A stretch of 64,000 bases of DNA from Mobula birostris (taxonomy: Eukaryota): the NCBI RefSeq assembly GCF_030028105.1, contig NC_092383.1, forward strand, positions 86,137,921-86,201,920, written 5' to 3'. Under the pieces are notes generated by a model that worked only from the letters and a program-made list of their open reading frames with translations, searched no databases and was not told where the DNA came from. How positions within the stretch are numbered: the stretch's first letter is position 1; every line of letters begins with the position of its first letter. The translations under genes and the position numbers were made by a program. Shown one piece after another: positions 12,463 through 25,000 of this stretch.

Positions 12463-13764
12463 TTTAATGGTCCGGATCGGGGTCTCATTAAAGTTACTTT
12501 GTTTATGTTATGATCTGGACCGTTGACTCCCTGTTTCCCTTTGGTTCCCTGTTTTCCCATGTCCCTCGGCCTTGGTGATTAGAGGCAATTTACTCTCGGC
12601 TGAACCTGTAGTTTATAATCTCCGGCTTTCAGCTGTTTGGCGCGAGAGGGTCTGCAAAGTCATTAAAGGTATGGCGTGCCAATGTCATCTGGCCAGAGCA
12701 AGCCTAGTCTCTGCCGAAGCGAGTGCTGGTAATTCGCCTTTCCTCACCAGAGCACTCCTGTCAAGTTACCTCACCAAAGCGAGCCTGCAAAGTTTCCTCA
12801 CCGAGGTGGGTCCACCAGTTAACCCGAGTCGAGAGCTCACCACTACCCAGAGGCTCCAGGGGCATTCAAGTACCAAGTCAAATCCTGGTCTTGGCGGCAT
12901 CCAAGTACCGAATCAAGTCACGACCCTAGCGGCACCCAAGTTTCGAGTCAAGTCCTGTCCTGGCGGCATCCAAGTTCCGAGTCAAGTCCTGGCCCTGGCG
13001 TCATCCAAGTACCAAGTCAAGTCCTGGCCCTGGCGGTCTGTGATTTCTGTCCTACCCCCCTGGCTGAATCCCTTCACTGCCCCTCTCACCTCTAGCCCTC
13101 GTCTACAGCCCTCGCCTGCACTTCGGTCTAGTTCTATCGTCAGAGCTAGATAGGTACTGTCTGATGTTCTTTTGTGTTGGTCTTGTCTTGTCCTCACCTC
13201 CGTGGGATAAGTCAGGCTGTCTTGCAGTTGCCCCCAGGGAGTCAGGTCTTGTCTTGTCTTGTCCTCGCCTCTGTGGGGTAGGTCAGGCCGTCTTGCTGTT
13301 TCCCCGCGGGGGGAGTCATGAGTCCCGGCCCTATGTCCTGTACCCAAGGAGGGGTCCCGACTCTGTGTTCTGTGTATGTGTCCATGGTTCCATGTACCTG
13401 CTCTCCCGAGACCGAGGCTCTGTTTTTCCATGTTCCTCCTCTTCCTAGCCCATGTCATGTCCACGCCTTGTTCTGGGGTCCGAGCCCGAGGCAAGACCCA
13501 GGTACTGGGTCCTTGCCAGGTCCCTGGCTCGGAGTCCATACCCTAGCCACTTCACGTCTCCCCTAGTTCTGGGATCCGATTCTGAGTCCAAACCCAGACA
13601 CTCGGTCCCAGCCTAGTCGTAGTCCTGAGTCCTTGTCCAGTTTGCTATTCCTGCTCCTGCCTTGCTCTCCTGGTATCGAACAATAAACTAAATTTAATTA
13701 ACCTCACAGGATGTGTCTTGCAATTGGGTCCACCCTTGCTCCCTATGCCCCCCCCATTGTGACA
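12463..13764 (+). mobile_element. Solo-LTR-like element with internal minisatellites, inserted in L1
   Basis: 5-bp TSD GAAAG (12458-12462, 13765-13769); ends TGTGACA; AATAAA near 13682; removing it rejoins L1 ORF2. Confidence 0.8.
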
Positions 13765-14568
13765 GAAAGAATTTTAAGATCCACGTTCAGTAGAGACATT
13801 GGTCTATAGGAAGCGCATTCAGGTAAATCATTTTCTTTTTTAGGAATTAATGAGATTGATGCTTCATAATAAGTTTTCGGGAGATTCCAAGAGGATGTAA
13901 AATCAATGAAAATTTGATATAAATAAGATATAAGTATTCCACTGTATATCCATCCGGTCTCAGAGCCTTACCTGGTTGGAAAGAGGATATAGCCCTTGCC
14001 ATTTCCTCTTGCTTAATAGGTGCATCTAATATATTCGTATCTTGGATAGAAATTTTAGGTATATTCAATTTTTGCAAAAATCTATTCATAGTAGTAATAT
14101 TGTCTGAAAATTCAGATTTATAGAGGTCAGAGTAGAAATTCATAAATACTTTATTAATTTCATAAGGATCTACCGTTTCGGTTCTATCAGGTCTTCATAG
14201 TCTCAGGATCTGTCTTCTAGCCATAGTTGCTTTTAATTGACCAGCCTGACCTGTCCTCATGTATATAAAATTGACTTTTAGATTTAAGAAGTTGCTGCTC
14301 AATGGGAAAAGTCAAAAGCAAGTCATGCTGTGTTTGGAGTTCCATCCTTTCCTAATAGAAATTTTCGCTAGGCATTACTGAATAAACTTTATCTATTTCT
14401 TTACTCCTATTAGTAATCACTAAAAATTCCACTTTAGTCTTCCTTCTTAAACCTACTGAGTATAAAATTATCTGTCCCCTAAGAAAAGATTTCATTGTAT
14501 CCCAAATAACCAAATTTGACATTCCCTCAGTTGTATTTAATTCAAAAAATAGAGAAATTAGAACATAC

Positions 14569-14889
14569 CATTGCCATTGATTTCTGTCACGTAACTGCAG
14601 ATCTCTCTGTTGTTGAAGACTGTCACATTAACCATTGCACTGGATCTTGCTCCAAGCCGATTTGAGGCACTGCAGTAATATTGCTGGTGTGTGTGCTTGA
14701 AGGATTGACAATGTAGAGTCAGTTCATTGGTATCTGAGATCTTCGGATACCCAGATGAGGTTTGTTCATACCATCTGTACTGAATGGGAAGGGATCCCTG
14801 GAAGGACTCACAGGAAAGTGACACAGAGCCCCCGAGGCATGAGACATTTGCTGGTGACGGATATTGAAGCACAGGAGCAGACACAAGTA
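14569..14889 (-). CDS. Gene B exon: C2/I-type Ig domain
   Basis: 321-nt open exon, CCCACAG|TA acceptor, G|GTATGT donor, phase 1/1; SVSLSCES.QGSLPIQYRWY...YYCSASNRLG. Confidence 0.9.
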
Positions 14890-14989
14890 CTGTGGGAAAG
14901 AATTAAACATTCGGACACTGAATGAACATCTGAAAATCATACACTCTTCTGCCACTTTATTTGGTACAAATATTATCCTATCATTAATG

Positions 14990-15490
14990 CAAATATATAA
15001 TTAGTCAGTCGGACCATCAGCAACTCAGTCCATCAAAGCATGCAGAAATATTCAAGAATTTCAGTCAATGTTTAGGCCAAAATCAGAATGCAGAAGTAGT
15101 GTGATCCAAGTGGCTTTGACCATGGAATTATTGTTGGTGCCAGACGGGGTAGTAAATATCTAAGACACCATTAACCTCCTGAGATTTTCACACACAACTG
15201 TCTGTAGAGTTTACTGAGAATGGTACAAACAACATGAAAAAACATCCAGAGAGCAGCAACTCTGTGAACAAAAGTGCCTTGTTAATGAGAGAGATCAGAG
15301 GAGAATGGCCAGACTGGTTTATGCTGACAGAAGGTTGACAGGAATTCAAATAACCGTGGGTTATGACAGCGGTGTGCTGAAGAGCATCTGAAAGTACAAC
15401 ACGTCAAAGTTCGAAGTGGATGAGCCACAGAAGCAAGAGACCATGAACATACACTCAGTGGCCACTCTGTTATGACAGGAGGTTTAAAGG
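14990..15490. mobile_element. Tc1-like non-autonomous DNA transposon remnant (paralog ~63530-64000; related ~22770-23160)
   Basis: CACTCAGTGGCCACT terminal-type motif and sequence shared with 41284-42190. Confidence 0.6.
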
Positions 15491-15693
15491 CAGCAACTTG
15501 TGAGATATCTGTCACATGTTTGGAGACTTTCAGGAGAGAATGAAATTGAAACTGGGTTCAGTGACCTGCCGTATAGAGGGAAACATTTGGCACTGATATT
15601 AATGCAGAGATAGTGAGGGATGGACAGGGGCTGTACAAAGATCATGAGACATTTATTTTATGGAAGGCACAAATCAATCAATGAGAAACCTAC

Positions 15694-16008
15694 CATCATT
15701 TACTTCTAGTACTAAATTAAATCTCGCATCGAAACCTGTTGTTTCAATTCCACAGCTGTACCATCCTCTATCTCCAGACCGAAGATCCTCAATAGTAACA
15801 GTAACTATTCTCTCTTCCGGGTTATCTGAGATTGACACTCGTCCACTGCGTCCGTGTTGCCCATTTGTTTTCACTAAAACTGAACATAGTGGAGTCCATC
15901 CATAGCACCAATACTTTGTGTCTGTGCGGTACTTTGCCTCATAGCAACAATCGATTGTGATCGTTCTTCCCACATCTCCTCTGACATATTTCTTTGCCCA
16001 CAAAGCAC
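15694..16008 (-). CDS. Gene B exon: first V-type Ig domain (CD300/pIgR/MDIR-like)
   Basis: 315-nt open exon, TTTCAG|GT acceptor, G|GTAGGT donor; ALWAKKYVRGDVGRTITIDC..KYWC..C..GRVSISDN..TVTIEDLRSGDRGWYSCG. Confidence 0.92.
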
Positions 16009-17611
16009 CTGAAACTGAGGGAGGCATTTTCAGATTTGAGGGGAAAGGAACAACTTAATGCAACAAATATTTTTGAATATGATGTTGAAAACAGGTGTAG
16101 GTCACGTACAGCATGTGGACCATGACACCACAACCAATTATTTTGGCCTGAAGTGCAGTCAGTGCTGTTACTGTGTCAGCTGTGTCAGTGCTCTCTCCCC
16201 TGTGTCAGTACATTGTGGGTTCACTTCCCACTCCAGAGCCCTGAGCAGAAACCCAGGGCTGACCTTCCAGTGCCGTACTGAGGGAGAGCGGCAGTATTGA
16301 ACTTTCAATTACATCAGATTATGTCGGCCTTTGAAATGTCCACAAAGATCCCAGCTGTTTCAACTGAGATGCTCCCAATTTTTTTTTTGTGTGTGTGTGT
16401 CTGTGTGCTCAGACAAGTTTATAAACTGCAGAAAGAGACCCCTCATAATGTCTGAAACTGTGCCCTCTGGTTCTGAAGCAAATTATGAATATTGTACCTA
16501 TCAAGTATTTCTATGTGCAGTTAGAAGGTGGTGGTGTAACGGTGACCATTAGTACTTTAGTGTCTAGAAATCCAGGTGTGATTTCAATAACAGTTAGGAT
16601 ACTTTGAATGCTAAAATCTAATTTATTATTTGTGAAATTTAAAAAACACGTATCAGTAATAATAATGATGAACTGCCAGATTGTCAAAATCCCATCTGGA
16701 TTGGAAAGGCTTTTAGGGAGAGAAATCTCTCATCCCTACCACTCTGGTTTACCTTTGAATCCAGATCTAGTAATGTTCTCTGCTAACTGCACCACTGAAG
16801 TGGCCCAGGAAGAACTCTGATTTCAAGACAATAATGTCGAATGTCATAGTGATCCCTGCAGAGTGAGATCAGATTCCAGCAATGGGAGACCTGATGTTTT
16901 CGCTTAACAGGTTCCAGTAGGTTTCTCCAACTGGACATATTCTCCCCACACCTGACTCTACATAAGTTTGTTTCTTTTCTGAGAATGATACAATAATTTA
17001 ATCAACATAAAATAAAAATTCATTGAAATTTACTATATTTAATATCAATATTCAAAGGCCTTAAAGACAAATGAACAATGGAATCAAAAGTTGGACATTG
17101 AACAAAATGAGTGGTTACAGCTTGTTGCAGCTTGCAATGGTCAGCGGGGTGTGAATCTGCAAATAGAAGTTGCTACTTTTCTCAGAATTGACATGAAACT
17201 GTAACCCGTCGATGTACAATTAGCCTCAGAGCTGCTATATGAAGGGATCTGTTTGCAAATGTGAGAATCAACACTACATGATAACAAAGTGTGAAATATT
17301 AGAAGATTCTTTGTAACCAGATAACAATATGGAAGAGCATAAATTTCTTCACACAGTGAATGAGGGAGAAAGAAATAAGACCAAAGGCTACATTGACATG
17401 GAAAACTGTAACAGGTCACTATTATGCAGTAAGTTTCAACATTGAATAAAACTGCTACCTACACACCAGTTTTAAGCTTATTATAGGTGTATATCTTTCA
17501 CCATTGATCAAGAGGATGTCATTTTCTTTGATCAATATGACAACAGAGGATTCAATTTTAATGCATCACGTTTAAGTAACAGACAGATTGTAGTTTCAAG
17601 ATCAGGCTCCT

Positions 17612-18799
17612 TGTCACAAGGTGGTGGCTGGGAACAGACCCAAATGCAAGACACAGACACTGAAGTACAAGGAACAGGACTTGACCAGAGTAGGGACATG
17701 ACAGGATTCAGGCAAGGAGCAGGGACAAGAACGCAGAGTTGGGCTAAGGAAAGCGGGACCAGGTCTAGGAACCATGGACTAGGAGACAAGGCTTGGATTC
17801 TGAGCCCGAGACTGGATAAGGACGTGACCTGGCTGCCGGCTTGGGTCTTGGGTCTTGAGCCTTGAGCTTGGCTGCCAGCTGGGGTCTTCGGTCTTGGGAC
17901 TTGAGCTTGGCTGCGGGATCCTCGAGGCTTGGGTTCTTGGAGCTTGGCTGCGGGATCCTCGAGGCTTGGGTTCTTGGAGCTTGGCTGCGGGATCCTCGAG
18001 GCTGGGGTTCTTCGTCTTGAAATGCGGAGGCTGATAACTCGGAGGCTGGAGCTGAGAGATAGACTGGGAACTGAACATCAACATAGAGCCGGGAATTATC
18101 CTTTGACAAGCCAGGACTCATCTTTAACACAACTCTAACATGAGACAGGACAGAACATAGACATAGAGCCAGGACTTTTCCTACAACAAGCCAGGACTCA
18201 ACTTCATCTCCACACCAAGGTGGGACAGGTCCACCTGTTGGGTAACAGCACGATGGCCAGACTTACCCAACAGAGGCAAAGACAAGACATGTTCCCCCCG
18301 TAGGGCAATGGCAAGACAGCCTCACTTACCCTACAGAGGCAAGGACAAGAAAAGACAAACACCAAAGAACAGACAGTTCTATCTCTACTCCGGGGTAGCT
18401 CCAAGTCTCAGTTCAGCCAGCAACCTCAGCTGGCTACAGAAACAGCCAGATCCCTATCTAGCTCGGAGTGGCTGGCAGCCACTCAGCTGACCTGGGAAAC
18501 AGCCAAATCCATACCACAAAGACTACTCCTACAAGTGGCAGCAAGGCTCCATGAAACAGTGGTCCTCCAACCAGGCCTAGAGATCACAAATAGTTTCATC
18601 AGCAGGTTGCTCCAAGGGGGATTGACAAGACAGACCAACAGCCCACACTCAATCCCAAGGCTACTTATATTGAAGCCCAAAGATGGGAATCAGGTGCCAA
18701 TGATTAACTCAAACAAGGGACAGCTGGAAGACTCGGTGTCATGAGTCCATGGACCAGACCGTGAACCAGAATGCGGACTTCATGGACTGGACCATGACA
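17612..18799 (-). mobile_element. Solo-LTR-like element with internal tandem repeats
   Basis: TGTCAC...CATGACA termini; 5-bp TSD CTCCT (17607-17611, 18800-18804); empty site at ~31515. Confidence 0.85.
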
Positions 18800-18922
18800 C
18801 TCCTGAACCGGCGTGGAAAGCTTCACTCATTCAACACTGAACTGATCACTGCACACAACCTATGGGCTCACTTTCAAAGACGCCACAACTCATGTTCTCA
18901 GTGTTTACTTAGTTGGAGATAC

Positions 18923-20467
18923 TTTCATGGTCCAGTCCATGAAATCCACCTTCCGGTTCACGGTCTGGTCCATCAAACCGTATTCCAGTTTTCCCTCGTC
19001 CTGTTGTGTGCCTTAATTGAGGCACACAATTCTGATTTTGGGCTGGCTACATAAATAGCTCCTGGGTTCAGCTTTATTTGCTGAACTGTTCCCTTCCCTT
19101 CACCTTCCTCCTGAAGCCTTGGCCTGAAGACTTGCCTGCAACCTCGCCTGCATCCTTGCTTGTATCGCTGTCAGGTTCTACTGCCGGACCAAGACCGGAG
19201 CCTTGCTGTGTCAAGATAAGGAACTGTCTATTGTTGTTTTGAACTGTCTCTGTGTCCAAGACCCATATTCCCGTACACAAACCAAGGCTCTCTGTTCTGC
19301 GTTCCTGTCTCCCAAGACCAAGGCTCTGTGTTCTGCGTTCCTGTCTCCCAAGACCAAGGCTCTGTGTTCTGTGTTCCTGTCTCCCGAGATCAAGGCTCTG
19401 TGTTCTGCGTTCCTGTCTCCCAAGACCAAGGCTCTGTGTTCTGCGTTCCTGTCTCCCAAGACCAAGGCTCTGTGTTCTGCGTTCCTGTCTCCCAAGACCA
19501 AGGCTCTGTGTTCTGTGTTCCTGTCTCCCAAGACCAAGGCTCTGTGTTCTGCGTTCCTGTCTCCCAAGACCAAGGCTCTGTGTTCTGCGTTCCTGTCTCC
19601 CAAGACCAAGGCTCTGTGTTCTGCGTTCCTGTCTCCCAAGACCAAGGCTCTGTGTTCTGCATTCCTGTCTCCCAAGACCAAGGCTCTGTGTTCTGCATTC
19701 CTGTCTCCCAAGACCAAGGCTCTGTGTTCTGCGTTCCTGTCTCCCAAGACCAAGGCTCTGTGTTCTGCATTCCTGTCTCCCAAGACCAAGTCAAGGATTC
19801 GGGGTCTCATCCTGTCTTTGTGCCTCGCCCAGCCCAGGAGTACCTCATCCTGTCCAAGCCACGTCCAGGAGCCTCGTCCTGTCCAAGCCACGTCCAGGAG
19901 CCTCGTCCTGTCCAAGCCACGTCCAGGAGCCTCGTCCTGTCCAAGCCACGTCCAGGAGCCTCGTCCTGTCCAAGCCACGTCCAGGAGCCTCGTCCTGTCC
20001 AAGCCACGTCCAGGAACCTCATCCTGTCCAAACCACATCCAAGAACCTTGTCCTGTCCAAGTCAAGGATTTTTGTTCTCATCCTGTCCATGTGCCTCATC
20101 CTGTGCAGGAGTTCCACGTCCTGTTCTGTAGCCACGTTCTGTCCTTGCCAACATCCTAGTCCCGAGCCCCAGCCTAGACCCGGGTTCCAGTTCCAAGTCA
20201 AGACCCAGGTTTTGGGTCCTTGTTCAGGCTCTGGTTCTGGAGTTCCGTGTCACTAGTGCCGGCTCCTTGTTCCTAGTTACTTGTCCGGGTTGTCCATGTT
20301 CTAGCCCAGGCCCTGCATCCTAGTCTCGTCCAGGGCCTGTGTCAATGTCCAGAATCCTTTCTTCCCCACTTCCCTTGCTTGCTTAACTCTGGTTCCTCGT
20401 CCTGTTCCTTGTACTTCAGTGTCTGTGTCTTGCATTTGGGTCCGCTCCCAGCGCCACCCTTATGACA
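18923..20467 (+). mobile_element. Solo-LTR-like element, same family, opposite orientation
   Basis: 5-bp TSD GATAC (18918-18922, 20468-20472); ends TTATGACA; ends are reverse complements of those of 17612-18799; empty site at ~31637. Confidence 0.85.
19281..20060 (+). repeat. Minisatellites inside LTR: ~14 x 36-bp unit then ~6 x 29-bp unit
   Basis: Units ACCAAGGCTCTGTGTTCTGCGTTCCTGTCTCCCAAG and CCTCGTCCTGTCCAAGCCACGTCCAGGAG. Confidence 0.95.
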
Positions 20468-20689
20468 GATACAGCACAGAACAGGCACTTTAGGCCCTTT
20501 AGTCTCTCCCTCTCCCAGTGCCCTCCTGCTTCAAGACATCCACCATTGCTCCTGTAGCTAAAAAGACCAAGGTATCATGTCTGAACGACTGGCATCCTGT
20601 GGCACTCACCTCAATAATAAGCAAATGCTTTGAGAGGCTGGTCAAGGACGACATCTGCAGCTCGTCTTTTTAATCAGACTGAATATACA

Positions 20690-20847
20690 TGCAATATTTC
20701 CTTCCCATCCATGTAGCCTATTTGTTTCTACTAAAACTGAATATTGGTGACCAATATTTCATAGCACCAATACATTGCGTGTGACAGATTTACTGTTGCA
20801 TAGGTGCAATCGATTTTGATCACCTTTCCTACAACTCCTCTTACCCC
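20690..20847 (-). pseudogene. Degenerate truncated V-domain exon within gene B intron 1
   Basis: GVRGVVGKVIKIDC.Y..SHAMYWCY then 2-nt frameshift then SVLVETNRLHG; no acceptor; homology stops near strand D. Confidence 0.8.
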
Positions 20848-21922
20848 ATAGAACATAGAACATCGGGTAGGAGGTGTAGTCGCCTTAGGTCCCACTCACC
20901 CAGGTTCAGGAATAGTAATTACCTTTCAACCATCGGACTCTTGAACTGATGTAGGTAACTTCACTCACTTCAACTCTGAACTGATTCCACAACCCATGGA
21001 CTCAGACTGACTTTCAAGGATTCTACAACTCATACTCTCTGTATAAAAATAATGTATCAAATATGTAATTTTCTATTTGCAAGATTTGTCTTCTTTTGCA
21101 CATTGGTTGTTTGTCAGTATCATTCCTTCAGGTTTTCACAAATTCTATCACATTGCTTTATTTTTCTCTAAATGCCTGAAAGAAAATGAATCTCATGGTA
21201 GTAAATGGTGACAATAGACATACTTTGATGATAAATTTACTTTGACTTTGCCTAGTGCAGCACTTTGTCAAAGACCTTCTGAAAATCCTGGTCGACAACA
21301 TCCAGTGACAGGCAAAGTCTCCTTTCTCCATCCAGCTTGTTAATTCCTTAAAGAATTCCAATAGATTTCGTCAGGTAGATTTCTCCTCAAGGAAATCATG
21401 CTGACTTAAGCCTATTTTACCATATGCCTGCAAGTATTCTGAAACCTCATCCTTAATAATAGATTCTAACATCTTACCAACCACTACAATAAGGCTAATT
21501 GGCCTGTAATTTCCTGACTTTTGTCTCTCTCCCTCCTTAAAGAGAAGACTGTAATTGTCCAGACCTCTGGAACCATACTTGAAAGAACATTACTCATGCC
21601 TCCACAATCTCTTCAGTTGCTACAATTTGAACCCTGGGGTGCAGTCCAGGTAACTGATCCTGTTTCACAATGTCCTCTCTCCTATTTACACCATCTTCCC
21701 TCTCTACTCAGATCCAATGCAGGGTTTTGACCCAAACCATCAACAATTCTTTTCTCTTTGACAGATGCTGCTTGGCCTGCTGAGTTCCACCATGGTTTTT
21801 CTCTGAAATCCAGATTCTGGAATCTTTAGTGTCTGCACGTATTCAAGTACTGTTCTGGAAATGATGTAAGACCCGCAAACATATACTGATTGTAAAAATG
21901 TCCCATGCTGGTTGTCACTCAC

Positions 21923-21959
21923 CGGGTAGGAAACTAATCAGAAGAATCGAAATCCACAT
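21923..21959 (-). CDS. Gene B leader (signal peptide) exon MWISILLISFLP-G
   Basis: ATG at 21959, 37 nt, donor G|GTGAGT, phase 1 joins V exon to give ..FLPGALWA. Confidence 0.88.
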
Positions 21960-22041
21960 TGTTTTATTCACTGAGACCCTGTCAGCACCTGTCTGGTCAC
22001 AGTTTGTAATTACTGTTGAATAAAAATAAGTAAGTCGAGGG

Positions 22042-22066
22042 CAGGAAGTCCGATCGTGAAACCACA
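22042..22066. promoter_or_regulatory. Candidate proximal promoter: ETS and RUNX motifs
   Basis: CAGGAAGT (22042-22049) and AACCACA (22060-22066), ~85-105 bp upstream of the leader ATG; ETS motif kept in paralog at 34044-34051. Confidence 0.45.
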
Positions 22067-25000
22067 GCGAACTAACTAAAGCTTGATGTGTGATCATGTG
22101 AAAAGCAACACACACAAAATTCTGTAGGATCTCAGCAGGTCAGGCAGCATCTATGGAAATGAACACACGGTCGATGTTTCAGACCGAGATCCTTTATCAG
22201 GTCTGAAAAGGAAAGGGGAGGACACCAGAACGAAATAGAGGGGTGAGGGGATGCAGGCTAGCTGGAAGGTGATCGGTGAAGCCAAGTGGGTGGGTAAGGT
22301 AAAGGGCTGAAGAGGAAGAAATCTTGTAGGAGAGGACAGTGGAACATAGAAGAAAGGGTAGGAGGGTACCCAGGGGGTAGTGAAAGGAAGGTGGTTTGAC
22401 ATAAATGGCCAGGATATCAAAAGCTCTGAATTAAAATTAAACAAAATAAAACACAATTCCCAATGACTGATAGAAATGATGAGAATTATTAGACACCAGC
22501 AACAGGAGACGTTATAATCTGGAGAAAAATAATAAACTGCTGGAGGTGTCAGGAAGCAGGGTTTTAAACTGAAGTGTTGACCATTCTGCATCTGCAGATG
22601 CTGTCTGACTCCCTAAGTTCCTCCAGAAGTGTGTTTTCTTGCTTGAGTTAGAATGTCAGCCGTGATGAGTCACCGAGTAAAAGGTTCATGGTGAAAAATT
22701 GTCTGAGGAAGAAAAATAAATGAGAGGAACAGAAAAGTTATGGTCGAGAGGTTCAGTTGTTCTTCAGAACAAACATCAGACTGGGTAGAAATGTGATCCA
22801 CTTTGGAATGATTGTAGGTGCCAGAAGGGGTAGTGTGAGTATCTCAGTAACTGCTGATCTCCTGGGTTTTGCACACACTACAGTCTCTAAGGTTTACAGA
22901 GAATAGTGCAAAAACTGAAAAAAATTAAATCTTGCGAGTTGCGGCTCTGTTGGTGAAAATGCCCTGTTAATGCGAAGGCCAGAGGAGAATGGTCAGACTG
23001 GTTCATATTGACAGGAAGGTAACTCAAAAAAACATGCATTTACCACAGTGGTGTGCAGAAGGGCATCTCTGAACACATAATACATTGAACCTTGAAGTGG
23101 ATGGGCTACTGTAACTGAAGACCACAGACATACTCCCAGTGGCACTTTATTAAGTACCTCCTGTTGAGTGTATGTCATGTGTTATTTTGTGTGTGAGTGG
23201 AATAGTCCCCACCACTCCCCCCACTTCCATTTCAATAGCACCCGGGATTTAAAATAAACCCACAGCTGTAGCAGTTGATGCAGAGTTTGTTCACAGAGGC
23301 AGAGGGAAATGTCTGAGGGTCTCTGAGCCTGTGACATTGAACAATCACGTTAGCAATGATAAATTAGTTCAATGTTTAAATTTAGAAGAATAAGAGCAGA
23401 TGCACATTTAATGCAAGTTAAGCTTTTTTGCAAATATATCTATGTCAAATAAATAGCTCCAGTTACCCCCCCCCCCCCATGCAGTTCGTTTCTCCTGTGG
23501 ACCCCTCTATCGTTGTACTGGTAATGGATTCCCATCAAAAAAGGCAATTGATCATTGGGAATCCGCAAAAGTAATCACATGGTAAACAACAATTCTGCTT
23601 CGCCACGGTGACCTAAAACTTGAATATTGAATGTCAGTAACGTTCTCCATTTCCTGCTAATCAACACTCATGACATAACCGTTGCCTGAAGATGTTTAGA
23701 ACTTAAAACAGACTCTGGTCATATTGCATCACTTTCTCACATGTCAGATGAAGGATGTTATGTTACCTGATCGGTAATCTATGTTTTCTAGTTTAATGAT
23801 TACAACAACGGAGTTACCCTTCTGTCATTTTCAAAGAAGATAATTTATTGTATAATCATGGGTTAGAGTCACATATCGGCTTTGAGATACATAACATCTC
23901 CTTTTTGGAATTTCATACTGTGTTGACCATTACAAGCTGCAACACATGTGCGTCACTCACTTTATTCAGCTCAATGATTTACTTTCTACAGCTCTTTGTC
24001 CTTTAACACCCTTGTACAGTGACATCAATTGTACCCGTATTGAATAATTCATCACAGCAATCATTGTGTAGCAGTATTTCTGAACACGCAAGCAAAATAA
24101 GATGGTGGGATGTTCGATTGTAGCAGCTTCTATAACCTCAACCAAATGTGGTATTGTCCTTTTTAAATGTATTTTTCGCAATCATGTGACCCTGCAGGAC
24201 ATTAGCAACTTAAGGTACTGCAGATCTACCCCATCAGTGAGTTGCTCGTCTGTGGAGAAAGAGAAGGAGCTGAACTTGGCGCTGACTGTGATGTTGCGTG
24301 GGTTAGAGAGGCTTTGGTGCACAAAGATACCGTGCAATCTACTAGCAAGTGATCGCCTTAGTCGATTTCCTTGCAATCACATGAACTTGTGGGCATTGTT
24401 AATTTGGAATTCTGCAAGTCTGATTCGCTGATTTATTGGCGGGTGGCAGGGGAGCTGCTTGGCCTCAGTCGCAGGGAGGACTGTGCCTCAAGCCACAGCG
24501 TTACCTGTTTACAGCCCCCCAGAGTCACTGCACGCCCCCGGAGGCGGTGTGGTGTGTGTCCAAGCTGGAATCAGTGCTGCCCCCCAGTGCTCACTTGGCA
24601 GAAGACAAGCCATATTGTATTAAATTGCAGATTGCTGCAGCATTCATAGACTCATGATCTTGGGCTATATTTTTCTTGTGTGACTGTATTTTTCTGATAT
24701 CTCATAAATGTTTGCTGTCTTATTTGTATTATATGTGCTTTGAGCTGTGTGTGACTGTTGGTACTGTGTTTTGCAGCTTGATCTTAGAGTAATACCGTTT
24801 TGTTTGTCTGTATAAATGAAAGGCCGAATGACATTTAAACTTGAACTATGAACTATAAGTACATGCCTGTCTGAAATGAAATCAGCGAGTAATAGATATA
24901 CCCAGAAGGTCAGACAGCTTCTGAGGGGATCAAAGTCAAGCTAATACCTCATAAATTTGTTCTGATGGAATGTCAAAATGAGTGATTAACCGTTTCCCTT

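Larger units (their letters stand above)
11290..14175 (-). mobile_element. Deleted L1 remnant hosting two younger insertions
   Basis: Minus-strand ORF2 fragments MNFYSDLYKSE..LDAPI..EE..AI.S.Q.GKA..PDGY and LLNVDLKILS|KILANRLE interrupted by an LTR; T-rich tail at ~11290-11315. Confidence 0.75.
16960..22115. repeat. Duplicated 5' gene module, copy 1 (paralog ~30880-34120)
   Basis: 16960-17610~30880-31520; 18800-18922~31520-31630; 20690-20850~32045-32200; 21240-22100~33300-34120. Confidence 0.85.

Noticed and set aside
17141-17419. Minus-strand ORF conserved with 31054-31314
   Set aside because: Explained by the recent segmental duplication; the plus strand resembles a decayed L1 C-terminus and no splice context fits
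19203-20256. Long ORFs (267-334 aa) in several frames
   Set aside because: Products of stop-free 36- and 29-bp minisatellites inside an LTR; open on both strands with no domain signal
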